From assembly GCA_009602725.1 (NCBI GenBank), contig WELB01000030.1:626447-690446 (forward strand): a stretch of DNA of 64,000 bases, given 5' to 3'. The position numbers were made by a program, and so were the translations under genes. The notes below the pieces were generated by a model. That model did not search any database and was not told the DNA's origin. It saw nothing but the letters and a program-made list of their open reading frames with translations. This stretch comes from Spirogloea muscicola (lineage: Eukaryota). Below, in pieces: positions 30,928 to 40,619 of this stretch. The number at the start of each line of letters is the position of its first letter. Position 1 is the stretch's first letter.

Positions 30928-31153
30928 AGAAGAAAGGGCTCGCCCATTGAGGATAGGGGCTGGACAAGCCAGCCCAAAAAAGAATGAACAAAGATCGAGA
31001 AGGGGGCCAGAGGAAGCCAGAGGAAGCGCTAAGAAACCAAAGCACACAAAGAAAGAAAGCAGCTACAAATCACTCAGGAACCCCTGCTAAGCAGCCGCAA
31101 ATCAGAGAGGCTAGGGTCCTGGAAATGGGTCCCCTGGACAGAGCCCGAGGCAG
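30928..31153 (+). mobile_element. 226 bp dispersed-repeat insertion flanked by an 11 bp direct repeat (CACTCTCTATC)
   Basis: The direct repeat is at 30917-30927 and 31154-31164. The opposite palindrome arm has a single, empty site (~33945-33957). A near-identical copy is at ~25915-26112, with partial reverse copies at ~40005-40140 and ~35900-35945. Confidence 0.8.
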
Positions 31154-34100
31154 CACTCTCTATCTGCCTCCATACCGCGTTCTCTCGCCTGGCAGTCGCT
31201 GAGTCCGCTTTGTTCTGCTTTTCGTGGTCCTGGCGGCTCCAGACTCGAGGCTGGAGAGCTCCCCCCTTTCCCGATGATCACTCACCTCCTGGTGATTGAT
31301 CACCTGGAGCTCCCTGGGAGGAGGCACTCCCTCCTTGCAGCAGCGCAGTCCAGCCCAGCGGCCACCCAGAGGAGGGAAGCTCCTCGCGGGAATCCAGGGA
31401 TCTTCCCTGCATCCCAGGTGGATGCCGAGACTGTCCGCCTCCGCTTGTGCAGGATTCGTTGGAAGTAGCCGCTGGGCGGTGTGGCTGTGAGGAGTCAGCT
31501 TGAGACGCGTGGGCGCCTCTGACAGGGTCTGGAAGCCCCAAAGGGGGGCGAGTTCGTAGAAGTTTGCGGTTGCTGCCATTGAAAGAGCGGCTGTAAAGCC
31601 AGCTAGGTGCACACAGAGGGTGTTCATGACTACAGTAGCGGAGCCACAGGCTAGGCAGACAGGTAGAGAGAAACTTTTCAGTAGAGGGCGAATGCTGTGG
31701 TCAGCCCAGAAACAAAGAGTGAATACGATTCGAAGGGGCCAGACAAGCGCTAAAGCCAGGTAGCTCTTAGTACCCCCAAAAGAAAGAGGGCATGAAAGGT
31801 CAGGCGGAATACGAGGCAGCAGCCAAGCCGCGGCGTGCCCGCAACCCCCACACCTGCCCGCCGCTCCTTCCATCTGGCAGCCGGGGAGGCCCACCCAGGC
31901 TCCCACTTTCCGACCCATTGTCAATGTCCTTGCCTTTCCGGGCTGTCTGCAGCGAGCTCAGGCTAATGCCTTGCATCAGAAAGCTGGGCGAGCTCTATTT
32001 GGTGACAGAAGGGCTTCGTACCTGACATCTAGTATTCATGCATCGGTTAGCGACCTTTATGTTTTGACCCGTGGATTTTGAGCGGGTCAACCTGCTGCAG
32101 GTTATGTAGATATTTAGATGTGCTTGCTTGCCTTTGTACTTGGCCATTGGCCTATGTTTGTTTCAAATACACGACATTTTCTTCACAGCCCTCGCCCCCT
32201 TTTGGAAGTGCCACTATCTTGTTCATTCTTCTGGGGTCAATCCTCACAGAGATGAGAATCAGCTCTCTTATAGTTTCCGATTTATGTAGCCCCAACTTCT
32301 GCACTAGGTATTGCCTGAACAGTGCTTGGCTTGAAATGGACACCCTTTCAGATCATGGGCACCGCACCCCTCCTCTCTTTATAGATGTAAGGCAGTGGCT
32401 GCGAGAGGCCAGCGCACTAGGACTGAATAGTCCTCGCCCCTTTGGTAAAGCTGCTTCTTTGCAGTTGTGAACTAGAGGTATTGAACGTTCGTTCGCAATA
32501 GTCAGGGGAAGAAACTTCGTGCTTTTGCGCATTCCGGCCCTTATGTACCTTGTTCATTCCTTTGGGGTTCTGATGGCCCTCATGTGCCGGGGTGGGTCTA
32601 TGCATTATTGCCGATGTAGTCACCACAGATATGGTTACCTCTTACAATGCGGGGCTCTCAGCTTCAAATGGTGGGCGTTGTCGCGCCACACAACATCGAT
32701 TGCCGTACTACATCGATAGGTCAAATATTGACAAAAAAGATCTGTGATGACTACATTGGCAATGATGCGCAGAATCTCGCGTCAGGTCAACCCATAAGAA
32801 TGAACAAGGTTGGAAAGGGCCGGAATGCGCAAGAGCAAGAAACTCCTCTCCCTGACTTTCGCGAATGGACGCACAGTAACCCTTAGTCAATTCAATAAGT
32901 GCAAAAGAGCAGCTTTCCAAACGGGCGAGAACTGTTCAGTCCTAGTGCGCTGGCCTTTAACAGCCACTGCCTTACATTGGGAGAGCTCTTTCTCAGTGAA
33001 GATTGGCCCCAAATGAATGGGCAAGAAAGTGGCTCTGTCAATGGGGGCGAGGGTTGTGCACAGCCAGCCCGAGTAGTAAAAAAATAGACAAGGGAGTCAG
33101 AAAGTGGGAGCCGAGGTGAGGCTCCTCGGCTGCCAGATGGCATGGGCGGCGAGAAGGTGGGGTTGTGGGCCTGGCCAGGGGACCAACTACAAGGAGACCA
33201 GTTTCTCCGACCTGCGGCTGCTCAGCGGGGGTTAGTGAGTGTTTCGTAACTACTTGTTTCCCTATGTGCTCTGGCACTTTCCCTGGCCTTTCACAGCCAC
33301 CGCCCCTTGGCTGCTGCCTCCGATTGCCGCCAGACCTGCCCTCTTTCTTGGGGGTACCAAGAGCTACCTGGCATTAGCGCTTTTCTGGTCCCTTCGATCA
33401 TCGTCTTTCCAGGCTGGCCAATTACAGCAATCTTCTAATGGTCATTGCCTAGCTTGTGCCTCCGCTACAATAATTCATGGACACCCTTTGTGTGCACCTG
33501 GCTGGCTTCACAGCCGCTCCTTCGATATCAGCAGCCTCATTCTCCCTTACGAACACGCCCCCCTTTGAAACAGCTACTCCTCCGAGCCCTGACGGAGGCG
33601 CCCACGCGTCTCCAGCTCTCCTCACAGGCACACCCTCCCGCATACGTCCAACGAAAATCTGCACAGGCGGAAGCGGACAGCCTAGGCTCAGACTCGAGTT
33701 TTATATGGGAGCGCCCCTGAGATGCAGGGAAGATTCCTAGATTCCCGCGAGGAGCTTCCTTCCTCTGGGTGGCTGCTGGGCTGGATGGCGCTGCTGCGGG
33801 GCGGGGAGTGCCTCCTCCCAGGGGCTCTGGGTGGAGTGATCATCGGGATGGGGGAGCTCTCCAACCTCGAGTTCTGGAGCCGCCAGGACCACAGAAAGCA
33901 ACAAAAGCGGACTCAGCGACTGTCAGAGATCGCGGCGTGGAGGCAGGTAGAAAGTGGCTCTTCCAAAGGGGGGCGAAATTGTGAAATTCCAGCCCGATAT
34001 CGTTGAAGACAAGGACGATATGGGCAGAAGAGTGGTAAACCACATATGAGGCAGAGGACTGGAGCCATAAGGTGCGGGGAAGATTCAAGATTCATGCACT

Positions 34101-34380
34101 GATTCCGCATCTCCACTCGAAGCTTCTTCCAGGGGTGCTCGAGAGGGGCCGGCGGGGCTGGCGGCTGCACGATCATGGCGCACAGAGCACACACCGTGGG
34201 CGTGACCGGCAGGCCGTGGAGCCATCATGGTTTCTGCCAAAACGATGATGGCAGCCTGGACACCCCCCCGGAGAAGCGCCCCGCAGCGCCGGGAATCAAT
34301 GCAGATGCGGCGGGGCGGACTCATCGCCCCAGCCGGCCAGGGTGAGGCGACCCCACTCGAGTGGCGAGCGCGCTGGTCAG

Positions 34381-34896
34381 CGAGCGCGCCCGTGGCCCGC
34401 AAGCAAGGTCGGGGAGGTCGTCAGCTGGGGCTCCCCGCGCCTGGTCACTGCCACGGGCTCCAGCGGCGTCGCTTCGTACGTGTTCTCCCACCCCGGTGCC
34501 ATCTGCTACCTCGGCACCCCGGTCGCCATCACCTTCGTCACCGGCAACGTCCGCATTGCTGCCACCAACAACAAGGCTGGCCAAAACTACAAGGGCAACT
34601 CCTGCTCTGTGACCGGCGCCATCCCCGTGTCCCTGCCCTCCGCCACCGCTACCTGGTCCGGAGTGAACACCATCTTCCAGCCCGGCTCCGGTGTCTGCCC
34701 CATGGTCTCTTTCGCCTACATCTGGGCCCGCGAGACCTACCCCACTGGCAGCGTCCCCGCTGCTTCGGCCACCAAGGCTTTCCTCAACTTCATGTTCTCC
34801 ACCTCCGGCCAGAACCTCCTCCCCCCCCTCGGATTTGTTCCCGATCCTAGCAGCCTTCTCACCCAGAACAGGAATGCTGTTGCAACCATCTCATAG
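34381..34896 (+). CDS. PstS-like phosphate-binding protein, C-terminal half (copy 2, inverted); joined directly to repeat DNA, possibly truncated
   Basis: Same translation as copy 1 except ARETY versus ARKTY. No N-terminal PstS lobe is visible upstream. Confidence 0.7.
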   Translation, partial: RARPWPASKVGEVVSWGSPRLVTATGSSGVASYVFSHPGAICYLGTPVAITFVTGNVRIAATNNKAGQNYKGNSCSVTGAIPVSLPSATATWSGVNTIFQPGSGVCPMVSFAYIWARETYPTGSVPAASATKAFLNFMFSTSGQNLLPPLGFVPDPSSLLTQNRNAVATIS

Positions 34897-36799
34897 AAGA
34901 TGGTATAGAGAGTAAAAGCTGCATCTGTAGCAGTTATCGAACGATTTTGCTCTGAACAATCTGAATCGAATGAAGTAGAAACTGTACTGTCAAATCCCAA
35001 TTGCACTAACAAACGATGACATTCTTCAATTAAATTGTGGATTTTGAGTAATCAAATTTGACAATTACCACAGAATTTTGATATTTTAGACAATTTTACT
35101 GAATGTGCTTTCTATAGCTAAGTATGAATGGTTCAATGCAGTAAATCTGAAATACTTAATGAAAAGTGAGGACCAACAGCTTTATGACAAATAATATCAA
35201 AAACTATCAGATAGGGGATAATAAAATACTTCTACAAGTAAAATCACCATATCAAATCTTTATCAACGCATTAATAAGCAGCAACTTTTAACGACAGATA
35301 TCATTAAACACCCGATAATTTGAAAGAGGTTGGAATATTTTGATAATGTTTGATGATGCGAATGATTTGAATGATATTAAACCTCTAATGGTGCGAATCA
35401 TATTTACCCCTAATTGCTTCTAACATTGCACCTTTGCCACATACTGTAGAACAATCAAGACGGTAACACACTTGACCACAAAAGACAATTGATCTACTAG
35501 AAAACATAGTCTGTTCATACCCCAATTAAGTTCCCCTACCAAACTGACTGTATAATTCGCAACTGTGCTGATGATGGTCAACACCAGTCACACTCTCAGA
35601 GAGACACTAGCTTCAGATACGGCAGAAGCCAACTTAGTCACTACAATTGCTGTACCTGTCATACTTAATGCCAGTCACATTCTCAAAGTGACAATAACAT
35701 CAGATGGAATAAGCAACGCTCATACTCGAGCCTTTTCGTACAATTTCATCAAAAATCGCTCTGCCGACGGTCTCCCCTCGCCCACATGTCAAATAGCAAC
35801 CGAACATTGCAGCAATCTCGTAGTATTACGACCATGGTTTTGGCACAGCCGGAGCCTGGCCAACAACAGCGAGTGTGCTCGCTGTCTGGGAGACTGTCGG
35901 CCTTTTCCAGCCCCTATCCTCAATGGGCGAGCCCTTCTTCTTCTTCTGATACAAAGGAAGGGCCTCTTTATGTCCACACCGGGCTGACTTTTCACAGCCC
36001 CCGCCCCCTCTGGAGAGGCTCACTTTCTTCTGTTAGGGGAGAGAGAGAAGGCGCGCGGTGCGCATGAAATTGAAAGGGAGGCCAATATTAGCCTTACAAA
36101 TGTCTTATTAACTGGGTAATGAGCTGGCTAAGGGGGACACTAATATCCCCGAGTGAGCACATGCATATCTGACAAGCTATACTGAGGAGCCAAACCACCC
36201 CCACGGAAGCCATTAGCCTGGGCTAATGCACGACCAGCACGCTGGTGAATTGCGAGTCCTTGAGAGCGCTGCAGACTCAACGATAACCGCATTCTAAAGC
36301 ATGCAACTATGGCTTGCGGGACGCTAGAATGGCCAAGCTACCCGCCCGACTACGTCGGCGGGCATCGACATCCAGTGCCAGGCGATGGAGGAGGGCAGAC
36401 CACTTCGTTCCGTAGCCGCCGTAGATGTCCATGGCGCATGGGAAGAAGTGGTCGCCCCGGGGGTGGTCTCTGTAGGGGAAAAGCTATGGCGGGCGCGTGG
36501 GCCACGCTAGAGCGCCGGCTACCTACGTCACTGCTTCCTATGGTCAACCGGCTTCTGTGCAGCCGCCACATGGCAGGCTGTAAGGCATAGCCAATCTACA
36601 GTACTACGCAAAACTTCCGTAGGGCTTCGTGGAAGGAAGATCTACGACTGCAGTGCCCCCCGCGTAGCTGTGTGGAAGTGTCGTCAGCGTGGCAGCATCT
36701 GGCAGTCCAGATGAAGTCAAGATTTCAATCTCCACAAGTGCTACCTAAGTGACGGAATCCGTCATATCACTCCGCTCTCGGAAGAGGCTCGGGCAGGGC

Positions 36800-37250
36800 G
36801 CTGCATGTAGGGCTTAATGCGGGAGACGTGGGCAGTGGCTTTGTTGCTATGGCTCTGTCCAGTCATCGGCACTTGTAGGATATCGTTCCAAGTTGCTTGA
36901 TTGCTTGATAGGGTCCACGCCAAGGCAATGTCGGCTTGATTGATAATCAGATCTTCCTGCTGGAAAAGTGAATGAGGACAAGGCTTCCATTATGATATAC
37001 CTTGAGTATGTGTCGCTGATTGTAGTCGCTTGATTGCTTGATAGGGTCCACGCCAAGGCCTTGTCAGCTTGATTGATAACCAGATCTTCCTGCTGGAAAA
37101 GTGAATGAGGACAAGGCTTCCATTACGATATACCTTGAGTGTGTGTCGCTGATTGTAGTCGCTTTGCTGTCGCCTCCAAGCATCTCCAAATTCCTAGCGG
37201 CTGTTGCTCGAGTGACAGCCAAGTCCTTGTATAGCCTCTCTCCCACTCTT
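36800..37250 (-). mobile_element. Ty3/gypsy LTR-retrotransposon integrase C-terminal relic (frameshifted, with stop codons)
   Basis: Manual translation gives RATAARNL / AWRRQQSDYNQRHTLKVYRNGSLVLIH..LSIKLTRPWRGPYQAIKQLGTISYKCR* / AHVSRIKPY. These are the GPY/F module and HVSxLKPY motif of gypsy integrases. Confidence 0.82.
36895..37160. repeat. 133 bp tandem duplication (2 copies) inside the gypsy relic
   Basis: 36895-37027 and 37028-37160 are nearly identical, with only a few substitutions. Confidence 0.95.
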
Positions 37251-39099
37251 GACTTATCACAGAAGGTCGTCCCTGACCGGATTCGCCTCGTGGTGGTCGT
37301 GTCCTTGCCATTGCTGATTGTCATCGTCCTTTGTGTTGCTGTTGCCGCCACCGCTGCATCCGCTGACGCCACCTTTGACTCTTAAATAGCTCTTTGTTGT
37401 TTTCTATATCTGGAAGAGCTTCTTCCTGTCACAGGACGTCCACACGTACCTGGCTCCTCGCAGCCACCATCATCGTATGGCTTCGCCTAGCATCTTCCTG
37501 CACAGGCAAAAGCCCGTCAGGCTAGGCTCAGATACATCACGTTCGTCTATATCTGGACCACTTTTCGGATGCGCCCCTGGCATGCAGGGACTCTTCCTGA
37601 TTCCTGAGAGAGGCTTCCCTCCTCTTGGTGCTAGGCTCGACGGGTGCTCACGTTCCTCTGAACCTAGACTACTTTTCGACATGCATATGCATTGTCTCGT
37701 GTCTAGTTGTGTACTTTTCTTTTCGGCACGCTTTTTTGGCTATGGATATTGTCCACTCTTTTGGGGCTGGCTTGCCCAGCCCCTCTTCTCTTCTCTCTTT
37801 TTGGGCTGGCTTCTCACAGCCCTTGCCCCCATTGGGAGAAAGAAGAAGGTGCTCGCCCATAGAAAAAGGGGGCCAGCAAAGCCAGCCCAGAAAGAATGGA
37901 CAATGTCATATTGGGGAGCCACTTCTTTCTTTTCGAGGCACCCCTGGGATGCACTGCAGATTCCTAATTACTGAGAGAAACTTCCCTCCCCTTGGGGCTG
38001 GGCTGGGCGGGTGCTCACGTTCCTCGGAATCTAGACAATCCTTCGGATGCGCCGTGGGCATGGGGAGAATTTTTGATTACTGAGGGAAGCTTCCCTCTTG
38101 GCTTCCTTCTTCTTCTTCTTGGTGCTGCTGGGCTGAACAGGTGCTGCGGGAAGTGAGTGCACCCTTCCAGAGGTTCTGGGTGCAGTTACTAATTTGGGGT
38201 CTAAGTGAGATCCCAAGGGGCGAGTGCCAGAGCGGCCAGGACGACAGAAAGCAGAACGGAGTCAGACTCAGCGGCTGCTGGCGCCATCGAGGAGCGGGGG
38301 AGCGGGGGCCCTTGAGTGCGGGAAGATCCTGCCAGAGCTTCGCCTCGACGGGGCGCTCGCTTCCAGGGACTTTTGAGAGGGGGCCGACAAAGGCTGGCGG
38401 CTGCGCGATCATGGCGCGCAGAGCCCCCGTGGAACGTGAGCGCTGCTGGTCGACGAGCTCCGCTCGTTGGAACGATAATGGCGGCCGGCCGCAGCCTCCC
38501 TGCGGCTGCTCAACAGGGGATATTGAGCACCCAGAGGCCACTTGAGTGGCTGTGTGCTTTATCGCTTTTCTGGCCCGTTCGTTCTCTTTCTGGGTTGGCA
38601 AATCACAGCAGTCGCCCTCTCTGGAAGCGTCTTCTTTTCTGCCTGTTCCTCCGGGGAGGTGCGGCCGTGGCGCCGGGGGATCGCGGGTGGTGGCGCGGTC
38701 AGAGGAAGCAATCCAGGCGGGCTGGCGGGTGAGGGCAGGACAGTCGAGTGGGGAGTCGGCTAGTCAGCACTTGAGCTGCGCCCGGCGAGGGGCCGGCGCG
38801 CGCAGAGCGAGCGGGGGCGGGCCGGGGCCTGGCGGCGGCGGCGACTTCTCCGCCTCACCCCCCCTTACTTTGACAACCTGTCTGCAACGAGCTCAGGCGT
38901 ATGCTCTGCATCAGAAAGCTGGTCGAGCCTTAGCTGCTGGCACAAGAGCTAGTCAATTGCCGTCCGGTATTCGAGCGTCAGCTAGCGACCTCTATGTGCT
39001 GACTCGTGGTTACTGAGCGGGTCAGCTTAGCAGCAGGTGACGTACATTTGTCCAATGTGCTTGCCTTTGTACTTGGCCACACATGGCCTCCCCATCTCT

Positions 39100-39600
39100 T
39101 AATACACACGCACTGTCTGCCTTACTGAGGCACTCTCGGCTGGCATCAGCCGCCACGCACGCAGCCTGCTGGGCCGCCTTCCCTAGGTATGCGCCATGTC
39201 CTCGGACGTGTATGACACCTTGTCACTATCGGCCCTGCCACAAATTACTTCACCACGCATTCCCCCACCCGAAGCTCGCTGCACTTGTCGATCAGCAGCC
39301 ATGACCCGCCTGCCATTGCCGTCCTGGTCCTGCCTGTCGTAGCTTCCGCCTTCGCCGCATGCTCAAACGCAGCATATGGCGGACGTGGAAGAGGAGGCCT
39401 TCGCCCAAGCTGTGCGGCTTTTATCCAAGGACGACCTTCGTGGCCGCGCCCGGCTATTGTCGGCTTCCTTCCCAAAGGTGGCGGCATGGTTGACGGCCCT
39501 CCCGATCTACGCGGCGCTCAGCATGCAGGACGACATCATTTCTGGACGGCTGTCCACCCGCCTCGTCTCCCTCAGTGGTGTGATGCAGTGCGAGAGTGGA
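39100..39600 (+). mobile_element. Degenerate non-LTR retrotransposon fragment (region downstream of RT in REL-endonuclease, CRE-like elements)
   Basis: RGRARLLSASFPKVAAWLTALPIYAALSMQDDIISGRLSTRL resembles the ARL.S...P.A.AWL.A.P...L..RLG block of such elements. No intact RT is visible. Confidence 0.6.
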
Positions 39601-40619
39601 GAGCGCAGCACAGAGGCGCGTAGGCCGCACATGCACCGGTGTGCATGGGTAGGTGGGGAGGGAAGACAGAAGGCGCGGCGGTGCGCTTAAAGTAAAGGGT
39701 GGCCAATTTAAGCCAACACACTATTCAGGCAGAAGCTAGTGCAAAAAGTGGGGCGACATGATGTGAAGCCCTATGCTCGGTGGCTAAAGTAACAGTGTGA
39801 CGTCTGGCAAGCGGAAAGGCACGCCCGACCTCCTCCAAAACGCCATGTATGATGTCTTCTGGCGGTTTAATATTATTCCTTTTTCTTTGGGTTGGCCTCT
39901 CCCAGCCACCGCTTTCTCCTGGAAACGTCCTTCCTTGTTTTCTTTCTGGAGGCGGGCCTCACCGTCGCCAATGGAGAACTCCAGCGTCATGCCCACCACA
40001 CTTGGGGTTACTGAGTGATTCGTAGCTGCTTTGTCTCTTCTTGTGCTTGTTTTTCTTAGCGCTTCCCCTGGCCCCCTTCTCGTGCTTCGTTCATTCTGTT
40101 TTGGGCTGGCTTTTCCAGCCCCTATCCTCAATGGGCGAGCACTTTCTCACACTTGCGGCGGGTGGCCGTCTTCAAGCGCGTCACACCGCGTCACCCCAAC
40201 CTCGTGGCCAGCGCGCTGGGCGGGGTCCCCACGGCCCCGCCCCCGATCATAGCAGACGTTGTCGACATCGGCTGCTTTGACGAGGTTGGCCACCAGTCGG
40301 GAGAGGAGGGCGGGCGGTGCAGACCCATGTGATGCCACACCCCCTCCACCTCTCGCCACGTGGCGACTACCCGCGGGGCCACAGCTTCCTCTTACGCGTC
40401 GCCCACCGAGGCCGCCAAGTGGCAAGCTCCCTCCAAGCACCGTAGTACGTCTCCCAGCGCGTCCGGTGGCTCCTCGCCACGTGGCGGCCGGCGCGCCGGT
40501 CGGACAAGCGGACACTCCTCCCGAGCCGTCATTTGTCGGCTGGCCGCGGCCGTCACGTCAGCGCCAGTTTCCCGTTAACCCGTCTCGTTGCCGCCGCCGC
40601 CGGGCTCTGCGCCTCCGCC

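Noticed and set aside
31160..31924. 254-aa ORF inside the palindrome arm
   Set aside because: No recognisable motif, and the homologous right arm is broken by indels and stop codons. It is built from dispersed repeat modules.
35560..35720. Degenerate ~87 bp two-unit repeat with a short ORF
   Set aside because: Only two weakly similar units and no recognisable protein motif, so there is too little to interpret.
36895..37160. CRISPR-like array
   Set aside because: It is a simple two-copy tandem duplication with no spacers or cas genes, in a eukaryotic context.
38870..39080. Possible hAT transposase remnant (LDQLSDAEHTPELVADRL on the minus strand) in repeat B
   Set aside because: The resemblance is short, surrounded by stop codons, and not supported by other transposase motifs.
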